From: Chrysomallon squamiferum
Lineage: Eukaryota; Animalia; Mollusca
DNA: 64,000 nt
NCBI GenBank assembly: GCA_012295275.1
Contig: CM022673.1
Coordinates: 20,584,001 to 20,648,000, forward strand
Direction of reading: 5' to 3'
The notes beneath the pieces were generated by a model. That model saw nothing but the letters and a program-made list of their open reading frames with translations. It did no database searches and was not told the DNA's origin. The stretch's first letter is position 1. Each line of letters opens with the position of its first letter. The translations under genes were made by a program, and so were the position numbers. Positions 1-14,986 of this stretch are shown in pieces.

Positions 1-1007
1 TATAATACAGGTAAATGTGTATGTATGTATGTATGTACGTACGTACGTATGTAGATATATGAATATATATATATAGGTACTGAAAAATTGATGAATAGAT
101 TATATGAATGGATTTTTACAGTTCTTTTTTTTTATCTCTCTCTTTTTTTTATATATATATTTTTTTTTTTTTTTTTTTTTTTTGGAGTTAGTCTGTGAAT
201 TAAAAAACGAATAATAAAAAAACCCTGTGTGTGTTCTAATGGGTTTAAAACGTATAGCTTATTGCCAGTATAGACTTGCCTCGCCGACAGAACAGTGATA
301 ATTCTGTAACAGCATCTCCGCGCCGACCAAATGTATTCCTTCCGACAAGCAACAACTGTGATTGGAGTTACCCCAGATAAAAACTGAAAAGACACCAGCG
401 AATGCCGACGTCGAAGCCGCTAGACGTTATCTGCGTTGTTTTCACGATAAGAGAAACACTGAATCATTGACGAGGGGGAGTGGAAGCAGTCGAATAGCAG
501 TGATGGGAAACACACAAACGAAATGCGCACTGTAAAGTAAATAAGACTGCAAACGAAACTTGAAATTAGGTAACATGCGATAATATGATATAAGGTTGTT
601 GAAAACGTTGCTAGGAACATACCTTTACTTCCACATGTCTGTTTCTTGTTAGTGAACTAAGTGTGAGACTGCCTAATTGGGATAATGTTAAGTTTAGCAT
701 CGCCGTATCATTTTATCGACTGTTTGTTTGCTAGGATTAAAGAGATCCTAACGTTTGTGTTTTTGTTGTTAGAATTTATTTTCAGCAAAGTTTTGTGTCC
801 CGATATATCAAGAATAGAGTTAATCAATAATGATTATTTCACAGGTGAAAATAATTCTACATTTTGAGAAAGATTAGGGATAACGTAGCCACATCTGTTA
901 ATAATATAAACATTTACACATACATTCAGAACATGTATGAGAGAGAGAGGTAGACACAGACAGACAGCCTCTTACCCATAACCTATACACATTTTAATGT
1001 AAACGCA

Positions 1008-1387
1008 CGTACATACATACATACGTATATACATACACACATACATACATACATATATGTAGATATATATATACATACATACATACATATATATATATAC
1101 ATACCTACATACATATATATATATACATACATACATACATACATATATATACATACCTACATACATATATATATACATATATACATACATATATACATAT
1201 ATACATACATACATACATACATATACGTAGATATATATACATATATATATACATACATACATACATATATATATACATATATACATACATATATACATGC
1301 AAACTTACTTACATACATATATACATACATACATACATACATACATACATGCATGCACAAAACACACACACACACACACACACACAC
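1008..1387. repeat. Compound (TACA)n/(TA)n/(CA)n microsatellite
   Basis: Directly visible simple repeats; these explain the YICM/YVCM pseudo-ORFs. Confidence 0.95.
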
Positions 1388-1995
1388 AACAAACCAAGGA
1401 AATAAACAAGTCTGACTATATTACTAGTACATAAAGTAAGTGTAACGTAAGACTGAATTGATTTATGGATATTTTGATGAATGGGTGGATAGACGAACAA
1501 AAATAATAATTATTATTATTCTGAAGGAAACAAAAACAAATGCATAAAAATTAACGTAACGATGAAATAGGTAGATAGCTGGACGATTAAGTAAGAAAGA
1601 AGTAACAATTGTGGTAGAAAAAATTAACTAAAAAGAAAGTAAAACAAAGTAACGAGACAATAATGATTAAATAATTTATGATCATTTCAGGTATTAGGAT
1701 ATATATATACAACAAAAAAGTAATGGAGAAGCAAGCTGGAAGGAATGCAGTCCAAATTACCACACAAATGTCATATTCGACGCGTTTTTCCAGCTCGCTC
1801 TGTGATTTACGATCACTAACTGATCTACGAAACTGTGTGACTGCTGGGAGAACATTACCAAACAATGTGTAATATTCCAGGGGCAAATGCCAGTACATAC
1901 ATCACAGCGACCAAGTGTTTAGTTCTGCTACTCTGAGAAATACGAGGTAAGCGTAACACGTAAACAACACTGGGAACACAACTGAAACATCAAGC

Positions 1996-2363
1996 AAACA
2001 TTACAGGATGTATAATCAGATTATCACGTAAACAAAGCTTATATATTAATCAAAACATTACAGGATATGTAATCAGATTATCACGTAAACAAAGGTTATA
2101 TATTAATCAAAACATTACAGGATATGTAATCAGATTATCACGTAAACAAAGGTTATATATTAATCAAAACATTACAGGATATATAATTAAATTTTCGTGT
2201 AAAGAAAGGTATATATTAATCGAACCATTACAAGATATATAATTAAATTATCGCGTAAACAAAGGTATATATTAATCAAAACATTACAGAATATATAATT
2301 AAATTATCGCGTAAACAAAGGTATATATTAATCAAAACATTACAAGATATATAAACAAATTAT
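1996..2363. repeat. Tandem minisatellite, 56-57 bp unit, ~6.4 copies
   Basis: Unit aaacattacaggatatgtaatcagattatcacgtaaacaaaggttatatattaatca; the 'catt' anchor recurs at 1999, 2056, 2113, 2170, 2226, 2282 and 2338. Confidence 0.95.
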
Positions 2364-2719
2364 GCCAACTTGCATGTGTAGCAGTAAAACTAAAATAGAA
2401 ATAAAAAAGAAAGAAAAGAACAGAAAAGAATCAGTGAAATTACAGCAGACTTTGTATTTTTACCAAATGAATCCCTGTGACTGAATATCGACTACGAACT
2501 GATGCAGTAACACGTTGTCCCAGGCTGAAGGGGAGGAACACTCAGTATCGCTGCACAGCAAATACAGAAGAGGCAGAAGTTCAGTGGTTAGAGCGAAAGC
2601 CTGAAGTTTTCAGCTCAAATGTCCTTATTACGATCTTTTAACTAATTCCTGTCATACGACTAGATAATTAAGTGTTGAGCTATCTATGTTTAGCTATTTT
2701 ACATATACATCCATACCGA

Positions 2720-2810
2720 AAAAAGAAAAACCAAAACAGAACAATCCTCCAAACACAACAAAAAAAAACAAAAAAGAAAAACCAAAACAGAACAATCCTC
2801 CAAACACAAA
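2720..2810. repeat. Short direct duplication (~39 bp, 2 copies) in A-rich sequence
   Basis: aaaaagaaaaaccaaaacagaacaatcctccaaacacaa occurs twice, about 51 bp apart. Confidence 0.85.
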
Positions 2811-3803
2811 AAAAAAAAAAAAAACCGAAGGACAGTGATTTACTGAATATTAATAATTGTTAGTAATAAAATGTTATTGATTTGTAACTGAACGATCAAT
2901 ATATATATAATGAAGATGAATGACATTCACGGTAATAAAGATTCTACTTGTCTGGTAAGGAAAAGTGAAACGACACAGAACAACACTACGAGTATCTCGT
3001 GGTGTTGTGTAAAAAAGTAGACAAGTTTCTTATTTGTTAAAACGAGATGTCAGTGCTCATAGTACCTGGATTTAATCCTTCTTCCTGTGCTTCACGGGCT
3101 TTAACTCATAGAATAAACAGTCCAAAGAATCTCAGTCCTGTTAATGTCGGGAAAAATAACTGTAAAATATCCCAAGTCGGCGGGTGGTATCGATCCCGCT
3201 ACTCATTACCCTTCACGAGGGCTCCACCCCATTGTGATACAGGCCATTTCGAAATACCAGTCACGTGTATATTTAATGATGACATACTGGTACTGCGGGG
3301 GCAGCATTCCACCCTGGCCACATCAAACAAAGGGGACAACAGGTAAGTTACTGGACAGTAGCCAGAATTTGCCCCTCGCCGATTTTCTGTTCTAGAATTA
3401 CAGATGTACATCCGATACCGTAATAGTTCAATACGGGTCCATATTTCCGAGAGGTGAAACAGAGTTTGAAGTCATCTGCCAAATTAGTCACATTCCTCTA
3501 AAGTTATTTATTTTACCTTCAGTTTATGTTTGTTTCCGAAAGCTTGAAGTAATTCGACTTCCCACCCCATTCCTGAGCTATTGGTAAAGAGGTAATTAAA
3601 ATTTATTTGGAATGTGTTTGTGTTTGACAGATATGTCTTGTGGATTGCTTTTGAAGATGTTTTTTCTTTGTGTCCAAGACTCCTTAGTGCTTTTTGTTTA
3701 TAATTTTAGAAATTGACTGGTTTTATTCTATTTTATTTTTAATTTTAATTTAAAAGGACAATTCAAAAGGACAATCTAAACAAAACTAAAAGATATATGT
3801 ATG

Positions 3804-3913
<110 letters not shown>

Positions 3914-4123
3914 AAGAGAGAATTAGATAAAATAATAAAATAATAATAATTAAAAAATTTACTAAAATGACAAATAATATTTTATAAGTAAAGAAGGAAA
4001 TTTAAAAAAATAATCAAGAGCAATTATAAAGAGAGAAAATAATTATAGTAATTACTTATAATCACTAAATTAACAAATGATATATAATATAAGTAGATAA
4101 AACTTACTATTTCAAAAGAAAAT

Positions 4124-4230
<107 letters not shown>

Positions 4231-5207
4231 CAGAGAAACAACAGAAAATATAAAACCCATTCATGCATAAGTAATCAAATCATTAACAAAGCTTTTAGAT
4301 TAAATCATGAGCAGAAAGAGTTTCTTCTAACCTGCCCACGCTGACCTCACGAACTGAAACCATCACGACCCCAAGTCTAAGGAGCCTTTCGGTTAATTAA
4401 GTACGAAGTGGGACAATCTGAACTGCAAACTAACAAAGTGGACCCCCGCTGTTCTCGGCAGTTTTCGATAAGACGAAGTGACAAGGCCAACTACAACATG
4501 TATACCACTGAACTGACACAATCAGGCTCTCTCAGAAACGAATCACCTGGTCAGTTCAGGTTGAAAAGAGCGGAATGTCAGATTAACGGGATCCCGGCCG
4601 TTATCTAATCTGCATGTTGTCGTTTGTAGACAGATTAATGATCTGCTTGTGTTCGCTTCGGCTTTATTTCGTTGTTGGTGTCCAAAACTGAGTTTCAAGA
4701 AGCACAGAGAATTGTTTGTATAGAACACTGGTCTCTTCGCCTAATATTATTTTGTTAATTTTGGAAGTTCCATTTTTTTAATGTTAGTTTTTTTTTAAAT
4801 TAAATAGGAACAGTAGGAATATCTGAGAAATAGTGAATAAAAGAATGAAGGAAGGACTAAATGAATGAATAAAAGAATAATTAGACAAAGAAATGGATTT
4901 ATGAATTTTAAAATGACAAAATAGAGATAAATGAAAGAATGAGATTATAAATAGACGGAAATATAAATGAAAAATTAAATGGTCGAAGAAATGAATGAAT
5001 GAAAAATATAACTGGAAAAAAAAAAAAAAAAAAAAAAGAAAGAATGAATTTAAGAATAAATGGACGAAGCCTTGAATGAATGATTATAAAAATGACCAAA
5101 GAAAGAAAGAAAGACTATTTTAATGAAGAAATGAATGGATGATGAACAGCTGTTCTTGTTAAGGACGCACTCAAGACATTTTAATACTAACACCGCGTTT
5201 TCTAACA

Positions 5208-5567
5208 CAGGGGTTTTCAAACTTTTTGACTTGCGGACCCCTTTATATTTCAGGCTTTACCTTAGGGACCCCCTTATAAACGCTTATGAAATTTATAATA
5301 AATATTTGCTTAAAATAACATATATTTTTACATTTATTTATTTAACAGTATTTAACAAATAGGTTTATTGTCAATTATACACACAGGATTTTTTTAATAA
5401 TACTTAGTGAGAAGGATGTGCTTGCTTGGCTTTGCACAAACTATCAATTCTTGGAGGTATTATTGACAAACATACACGCAAGTCTCTTTCTGGAGCAAGT
5501 CCACGGACCCCCTATCTTGTACTTGCGGACCCCCTGTGGTCCGCGGACCACAGTTTGAAAACCCCTG
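5208..5567. mobile_element. Non-autonomous hAT-superfamily DNA transposon (MITE), 360 bp
   Basis: Perfect 16-bp TIRs: CAGGGGTTTTCAAACT (5208-5223) and AGTTTGAAAACCCCTG (5552-5567). Perfect 8-bp TSD TTCTAACA at 5200-5207 and 5568-5575. Repeated subterminal GGACCCC motifs. An 8-bp TSD with CAG termini is typical of hAT elements. Confidence 0.92.
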
Positions 5568-6299
5568 TTCTAACACACAGTTAAACAACACACACAGTTC
5601 GACAAATCAATAGCTAAACAGTGGCTTGAATGGGAAAATAAAATAATATAAATCGGGCAGTGAAATCATTATTTGGCTGTAAATTGACGGTAAAACATCT
5701 TCAGCACAGTCTGCCAGAGAAAGCTCATACGATAAATTTGAATATTGGAGAATAAATGGACGGATGGACAGAATGATCAGTGCGATAGACAGATATATAT
5801 ATAGAAATAAAGATGGAAGTATGGATGGATGAATGGATGGATGAATGGGTGGATGCTGGATGGATGGATGGATCATTTCACTGCACTGACGAATAATTGA
5901 GAGATAAAGAGAAAATACAAGATAAAGAGAAAATACATTTACTCAAATCACTTTACCAAACAAAACAAGAAAATACTCTTACTGGAAATTTAATGTAAAA
6001 CTTACCAGTTCAAAAAGGCTAGGTTTTATTTTAGTTCCAAAATAAATTACCTATATCAGTTCATAATTAGGTTGTATTGTTATATAGGATTAACGTGATT
6101 TTCTGTAGGTATACACAACTGAACATCTAAATACTTACATACATATGTACATGTCAGTCTATATCTATATATTAACACACACACACACACACATATGCAT
6201 ACATACATACATAACATTATACAAACGTACGTGCAATCACACATTCATTCATACATATATACATACATATGAATTAATATATTCAGATATAAGCGAAAT

Positions 6300-6378
<79 letters not shown>

Positions 6379-7522
6379 TGTCCAATCAAATGAACGTTAA
6401 AGTCATTAAAACTATTTTTAAACTTATATCACTGTTTATTTTAGCTGTAATTAACTGTTTAAGCAAATTAATTTTAAAATAAATGAAATAAACAAACAAA
6501 TAAGTCTAATTAATCTACTTACGATGATTTGAAGCACGTGTCAAAAAGGAAAAAAAAGAAGTTTACTTTGACATGGAAAGTCAGACGATTTCTGATCATT
6601 TCAACGAAACAAGAAGCCAAAACGCTTCTGACATCACGTTAACAATGAGATCTCGTAAAGCAAATGAAAAGTCGGGTAATAAACAGTAATAACTAAAAGT
6701 CAAGTAAAAATGTAATTCGTACAACCAGTGTTGTCTGGCTAAGGATTAGGATTCTGGTATTGCTTTGTGTGAAAGTCCAGTAGTGGGAATGGGCGGGTGA
6801 GAGGGAGGTGAATATATTCACCGCAGGTCAGCAGACGACTTGTTGAACGTCAATGGCTAATAGCAAAATACTTCAGTCAGGTCTCCTTCTCGGTTTTTTC
6901 CTTTCTCCCTAGGGGCGAAAAGCAGCTTATTGCTTCCGTTGACATAAATGACAAGTCTGGACATTGTCCGCAGTTTTGTGGTTATTCAGGTCTTTGCTTT
7001 CAAGTGTGAGTGACCGGCGAACCGTTATAGGCTGTCGTTTTATGGCTCAAGTTTTTATTTTTCATATCGTTATTGTCTTCGTGAGGTCCAAATTGGGCTC
7101 ACATAGTTTAGAAATCATTTACAAAAAATGAATGTACAAAGAAATGTATATTTTCTATTGGATAAATATTTTACTTTTGCTTTTAATTTTTGAAAATAAT
7201 AACAATAACAACGACAACATCGACTATGATAATAACGTTGTTGCTCAACAGACTATTTTTACTGGAAAATGACATTAAAACAAAACAAAGGCAAAAATGA
7301 CAACTGTCAGTCATTCATTTCTTCCACAATGATAGTATTTGTTGCAGCAGCTCTAAAGGCTTCTAAGACCAATTAGCAGCAGTCTACCTTCTGCAGTTTC
7401 TTACAAAGGAAAAGTGCATACCAAAGCCTTTCGTAAATTGGATGTGGTTTAAAAACGCCAAAGCCTAAAGGTCAAGGAGAATTCATCTTGCGACCAATCA
7501 AGCCTTATACCAAACACCTAAA

Positions 7523-7594
<72 letters not shown>

Positions 7595-8224
7595 GTTACC
7601 TTTATGTTTATATATATTTTCTCAAAAATTCAACATCTGTCTTCAATTTCATTTTGTTATTTTTATTTTTTTATTTTTTTATTTTTTTGTTATTTAGGAA
7701 GGCGTATTCCAAAACAGCAAATAAAGTTTACAAAATAAATACCTTTTAATTTTAAAGGTTTTGTTTTTCTCAGCTTAAACAATTCTGTAATAAGCTATCT
7801 CTTTCTTCTGGCATATACCCACCACATACAACAATAACGGGTTTCACGATAACAAGCCTATCTTCTTTCGAGATTTTCTAAAACATATCTTGAAGACGTA
7901 ACGTCAAGGGCGGGAGAGAACCCAGCGGTCTTCCTTTGTGGTTTAAACCGTCACTTCTCTCCGTCCACACTGTCACAAAGACAAACAGACACACGGATCA
8001 CGACCCCCTGCGATGTTTATTTATTGATTTAAATGTCTTTCGGCGATTCCTTTCGCTGGTTCGACAAGTGCTTGTCCCTCAACCACGAAGTTTGTATCTT
8101 CTAACAGAAAAGAACTCTGACAAGGTCCATAACTTTAAATTACAGTAAAAAATTGTATTTGGAATACAAAGATGACATCTTTAAATGCCTAATAATTAAA
8201 GATATATTTGCAAGTTTCGCATTT

Positions 8225-8298
<74 letters not shown>

Positions 8299-8731
8299 CT
8301 TTTCACCGTTTTACGCTGCTTGCACAATATCCTTTAAATGTAATAATTACACTATTTCGTTTGTTGAATAATTGCTATCTCTAAGGAAATAAGCTTTAAG
8401 TAGTTATATCTGAATTCATTGTCCGAAGTGCTAGGAAAAGATTTAAAGAATCTGCCATTGTTTTGATAGTGCACTGAAACACAGGGTGAAACACGCGGAG
8501 CTGGAAGACTGGTATTTGTAAATTATACCTTAGTGTTCCGCTGTGGAAGGTGGAAATATCGTATCCGCCGAAGCTGAAACTTTATAGCACGATTATTATT
8601 CACTAAAAGCTACAAACTGTAAACTTACGTCTATCTCAAATGTACCTTAACTGCAAAACTAGACATACGTTCCTTTTCAACTGTAAATATAGGTAGGATC
8701 TTAATAATATTACTAATAGCAGAAACAACAC

Positions 8732-8732
<1 letters not shown>

Positions 8733-8765
<33 letters not shown>

Positions 8766-8861
8766 AATAATAATAATAACTATAACAGTAACAACAACAA
8801 CAACAACAATAATAATCATCATCATCATCATCATCATCATCGCCACCACCACCACCACCAC
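8733..8861. repeat. Compound trinucleotide tract (GAT/AAT/AAC/CAT/CAC)
   Basis: Visible in sequence. Confidence 0.9.
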
Positions 8862-9335
8862 CTAGTTATTAAAAAATATAAAAGAATATTACCCACTCAA
8901 CAAAAAGAAAAACACATCAGACATGTATATATATAGAGACTAAAACATACATGTACACACATACAGACATACCTACATACTCGCACACACACACACACAC
9001 AGACACACACATAAATGCAAACACACACATACGCACACATACATAAAAACAAGCACACACATACACACATACACACAAATACACACATAGATACATCACA
9101 CTATATAGGTAAAATAATTTATAAAAATAAATAAATAATGGAGAAAAACAAAAGTTTAAGTGACGAAAACAAACTATAATGAAATTATTTAATTTCCTAT
9201 CATTTCTTAATCAAAACTTCCAGAAGCTCTTATTGTAAAAGTGAGAACAAAGCTTTTATTTCTCCTTTCTTTTCCTTACTGCAATGTGGTCCGGCCAATT
9301 TTTTTTTTTTTTTTTTTTAATTTTCACAACAAAAG

Positions 9336-9379
<44 letters not shown>

Positions 9380-10909
9380 CTGTTGCATCCTAAAAACAAT
9401 AAAGAAAAGCTCTGATGAGAAAGAAAAAGAAATAATTGTATGATTTGTTATGTTCTTTGTCACTGAATTCGACAGAGTTAACTACCGTTAACATTTAGTC
9501 TGAGACAGGCATTGCTCTAGATATTATATTACAGATGTGCTGCATACATGAAAAACATTAATACATACTTACATATTTGCAAATACACACAAAGACCAGT
9601 GCATATATACACATTTAAGTATGTACGCAAACAAACAAACACTCATACACACACACATACAAACAAACAATGGCATTTATTTTTAGCTGAATAATGTTTA
9701 TTTTATTTATTTGGACAAACTTAATGTATAGGTAAGTCGAATCAAAATTAAAATAGAGAAGAAGGGAATATTGTAAATATATCAGTGAATAATTGTTTAT
9801 TTGTGGATACAAAACGTTTCCTAAAAATAAAGTTTGACCGCAATTACCTTTAAAAATTTAAACAGTGAATTTTATTCCCATTATTTATCGTTTATATCAA
9901 ATGAGAATTAGCATTTTCCTGTCGTTCCATCTTTTTAAAAAAATAAAGAAATAAAAACAAAAAATAACGAACAAACAAACAAACAAACAAAACTGCCTTC
10001 TGCTCGGTTACAGCATTATCCATGAGTTGTAGTTTAGTTTTGTTTTCACTGCTGCAGGTACTTTTAGCAGAATTAAACTTTGGATAAAAAAGAAAGAAAA
10101 CTATCAAGAAAAACTAAATTATTTAAGTTATTATTATAAAAGAAAAAAAAAAAATTCCAAAAAAGTTTATCATATTATGACAATGAGTAAAAAAGTTTTC
10201 AAAGCCTACAGATGTATGTATGTATGTATGTATGTATCTATCTATTGATCTATCTATATCTACATCTACCTGTCTATCTGTCTGTATCTATCTATCTCTT
10301 TCTATCTATCTATCTATCTGCCTTTATATATATATATATATATAAATTATTTATGTTCATATATGTTTTTTGTGAGTGTTTTTGCGTGCAAATTTGCATA
10401 CGACAAAAATATACAAAAGGACATAAAGAAAGTACAGCTGTACGTTAATGTGACTGTGATGCCAACAAAGGAAACTTTCAATTTTCATTTTAATTTTCAG
10501 CCTATTGCTTGCTTTATCTTTTATTTTTATTTATTTGTCATTGTTATTATTTATGTCAGATATCTTCAAAGAAACTCGGATATAAATCATTCAATGAAAA
10601 ACTCGGCATAACCAAGATCATTAGGCGCGGACATAGACTTATCGTCTGCTTAATTCTGAAATGGCCGCCTCGCTTTAGTTTTACGACGTCATTAGAGGTT
10701 ATGCGTGAATAAATTTATTACCTGGATGCATATAAATCATGTGATATTTTTCAGCTGTGTTTAAGTCATTTATGGCTTCCACTCAGTTTCCCTAAATCAA
10801 AATGTTACCATTAATTACTTCGTTTTTGGCATACAGCAATTTCAGGAATGATTGCCTGAGTTTATTAAAAAATAATTAATTGTTATTTTTCTTTCATTCT
10901 TTCTTTTAC

Positions 10910-10956
<47 letters not shown>

Positions 10957-12767
10957 TTATTATTATTACTATTATTATTTATACTTTTTAATATCTCTCT
11001 CTCTCGCGCGCGGTTCTTTTCAGCATCAGTATAAAAATGACTACAGTAACTTAAATATTACTTAGTTATTAGAGACAAAATAACGTGAGAATTAAAATTA
11101 TTTTATTAGTATATGACATATTTTTTCTTTTTAAAAGTTTTATTTCTTTTTTGTTATTTTTAAAACTGATTTACACACACATAGATATTTCAAAATTATA
11201 TCACTTTTTTCAAGTGTTTTACTGCGGCTGTCATGATTTTAACATGTTTATTATTTTTTTACAATGTTTAATTTCATTAAACTGGTTCTTTTTAAATTTA
11301 ATCACAGACCAGTATAGAACAACAAACATATGAAATACTATTTGTAGCCGAATAAATTCTAAATCGCGCTGGATTTGAAAAAATACTTTATTATAATATT
11401 TATTATTACTATCTTTATTAGTAGTATAGCAGAAGGAGAGATAATAGCAACAGCAACAGTAGTAGTCATAGTAGTAATAGTTGAAGTAGATGTGGTTGTT
11501 ATACACTTGTGCAGTCTTAGTAATAGCGTTAGTAAGATTGATTAGCTGTAAACAGATCAACTAGCAGTAGTAATACAAGTGGTCGGATAATACTATTGCA
11601 ATGAAAACACTAAGTTCTGAGATAGAAATACATACATACACGTACACGAACAATTGCAGACGCACGAAACACACGTGCAGACACAGATTAAAGAAAATGT
11701 ACTTATAAATTTACATCTTTTATAACGTCGCCTTTAAAAAGAGCAACTAAACAAAAGAAATGTTAATTGATTAAGAAAATAAATTTAAAAATAATTAAAA
11801 ACATCTATTGACTATTACCTAACAAAATAGTTTTCTTCGCTTTTCTCTAATGATGAAAATATGTCGTTAAGAATTCGTTGTAGCAATTATTGGAAAACAA
11901 AAACTGATTTAAAACGTCTGCTACTGAAGTTTCAACATCATCATCCTTTGTAGCCATCTGTAAGACTTTATCAACCAATTAGTGTAATTACTTCGATCCT
12001 AAGTCACATTAACAAGGTAGCAGAAAATATCTAATGTCAGTAAAACTAAGCCGTAGATTATTTCTATAACTCGTTACCGTCAAACTATTCCGTTTACAAC
12101 ATAATGATCTTCTCTTTAAAATTTTCCACTTTGTCTCAAAGCTGGAACGAGTCCCACCAATGCTAAAAAAGATGCTGTTTGCTGATCTGTCGCCATAATA
12201 GAATTACGTAACGTAATAGAATGATGTATGTATGTACGTGTACGTACGTTCGTTCGTCTGTTCGTGCTTTCACATATATGTAAGTATTCTCCCTAATAAT
12301 GGGTTGCAATGTTGACGTCATTATCTGTGTATACTTCTTGCGATAAGTTCATGTGCGTGTGCTCACAAGAGATGAAATATATTTATCATTCTGGTGCTGC
12401 CAAACAACAATGTGGAATTTAAGATCAAGGAATGGCACGAGTATAAAATTATGATTAATATTACGATTCTTATCGATTCATTACCTTGTAATGCATTATT
12501 TTGTTAAATTTCATTCATTTTGTATAACAGATCATAAATACATTTATCTTTGTTTTTTAAAAATATATTTATATTCTTCTTAAACTACCATAAATACAGT
12601 GACAACAATTTTAACAATGAAACATTACCTTACTGATGATGCATGGTTTTACATATGTATGTATGTGTAACCAACGTATTTTTGTATGCATATAATACAC
12701 GTAAATACGAATATGTATGTCTATTTACGTACATGTATATAGCTATAACCCCCATTAACTACGCTGA

Positions 12768-13015
12768 AACCCCCCCAAAAATAAATGTTGACGTGTATTT
12801 TTATTTATTTATTTACTGAATTATTTATGTTGTGTTTGTTTATTATTATTACAAGTAAGTTCAGATAATGAATGCCCTGTTAATCTCCATCCCGCAAAAC
12901 AGTATACAAATAACAATAAACAAATTTGGAGAAACCAGATAAAAAGGAGGGATAGAAATGAAATATATCACAGGTATGATTGTGTTTCTTATTGAAATTG
13001 GTATGTGCACGTTGA
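12768..13015 (+). repeat. Local direct duplication, copy 1 (~250 bp)
   Basis: Aligns by eye to 13785-14036 (...aaatgttgacgtgtatttttatttatttatttactgaatt...gaaattggtatgtgcacgt) with scattered substitutions. Confidence 0.92.
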
Positions 13016-13228
13016 AAAACGACTTCACGATTAAATGTGTTTCATATCTCTTGGTACTTTATAATAGCTTTCATTTGAAAACTTTCCTTCCCGACCCCAA
13101 TAATAAAACGGTTAGTTTCTTAGATCCATTTAAACTGGTTTTGTCATATTTGTCATTGATTTGCATGCTTGAATCGACCTCAGTCGTGACGTAACGGTCA
13201 TCCACGTGTCCCCAGAGGATACTCGGAC

Positions 13229-13313
<85 letters not shown>

Positions 13314-13445
13314 CCTTTCATAATAATTTTTTTTTTTTTTTTTTTTTCTCTTCTGAAATGAATGAAACTGTTTTCTAGTCTAGTTGGGTATCAGTAATTT
13401 GGACGTTGAGCTGTCTCTGAGTTCAGAGAAAGTATAAATCGAATT

Positions 13446-13476
<31 letters not shown>

Positions 13477-13784
13477 GTGGGCAAATAGCCACTGTCAACT
13501 GAACGTTAACCCAGGCTGGTACTGTACAAGGAACTGGCAAAGCATTCTCTGAATATTTTTAAACACCTGTAATTAATTAGTATCACGTGCATGCCCACCA
13601 TCAAAACGTTTCGCAGAATCTGTGAATGATGAGATAAACTAATGTACGAACCTGAAAGAACATCTTCATAAAACTGCCAGAACTGTGTTTCGGTATTTCA
13701 CGGAGCTGTGCTGTACTTCACAAATTCCTACATGATTTTGTAGTTTTCACAGCATTACGAAAATAGCGGTATTTTGAATCCATA

Positions 13785-14036
13785 ACCCCCCCCACAAAAA
13801 AAAAAATGTTGACGTGTATTTTTATTTATTTATTTACTGAATTATTTATGTTGTGTTTGTTTATTATTATTACACGTAAGTTCAGATAATGAATGACCTG
13901 TTAATCTCTATCCCGCAAAACAGTCTACAAATAACAATAAACAAATTTAGAGAAACGAAATAAAAAGGAGGGATAGAAATGAAGTATATCACAGGTATAA
14001 TTGTGTTTCTTATTGAAATTGGTATGTGCACGTCGA
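13785..14036 (+). repeat. Local direct duplication, copy 2 (~250 bp)
   Basis: Matches copy 1, offset by about 1.02 kb. Confidence 0.92.
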
Positions 14037-14945
14037 ACAACGTTTTCACAATTAAATGTAACTCCAGAAGCTCTTGCGTTACCTGAAGTATTGAGAAACT
14101 TTGTTCAAGACAGCAAATTTGTATTTCCATCTCCATCGGGAACCAGAATACCTAACCTGACCATATGCAGTAAACAAAGGTCGATAATAAAAACTGTTAC
14201 ATCAAGTGTACGTATGGCAGCACTTAAAAAATGGGGAAAGTTAAACAGGTGTTGCTGTGAAAACAAAATAATTCTTAAAGTACACGTCAGTATTTCTGAA
14301 GTAATTGCAGTAAACGCACTTTGAAGGGTGAAATAAATTGGTGCACTGCACTGTTCCACTGAACGAATTGTCTCAGATATTTTCCCCATTTATTTTTAAA
14401 TTAGTGTTATTCCTTTTTATTTTATTTATTTTTAAATTATTATTTTTTTTATTTACTTAACTTTTAATTAAATAATTACTTTATTTAATTTGTTATAATG
14501 GTATAACTGAACTAAATAAGTTAAAACTTGACAACAACCTCATATTATATTAAATTATTTATAGTTAGACAAATAGAAATCTGTGGATAGGCTGGTCTGT
14601 GATTATTACGCTGAATGAGTTGTTAAAGCATGAAGAATTGAACTGGAATATTGGCTTCTTGCCTTCATTCACCTGAATGAATCACAAATTGGATTTACTG
14701 CAGAATCAAATGATCTTTTTTTCCCTTTCTTTCTTTCTTTCTTTTTTCTTGTTTTATTGTTAATAATATTTTTTCTATTATAATTCATTTGTATTTTTTT
14801 AAATTTATTTATTACTTCATACTTTTTTCATTTTTTTTTTTTTTTTTTTTGAATCCTGAATCAGGCCCATTACTACCCAATGCTATAAAAGAAAGAACCA
14901 GAATTTTTTTTGGATAAAACCCAACAACAACAAACAAACAAATAA

Positions 14946-14986
<41 letters not shown>

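Noticed and set aside
250-700. CpG-rich block as a coding exon
   Set aside because: Frames are short with no recognisable protein or paired splice sites; it may be regulatory, but that is unsupported.
1996-2363. CRISPR-like array
   Set aside because: Head-to-tail units with no unique spacers, no cas genes, and a eukaryotic context.
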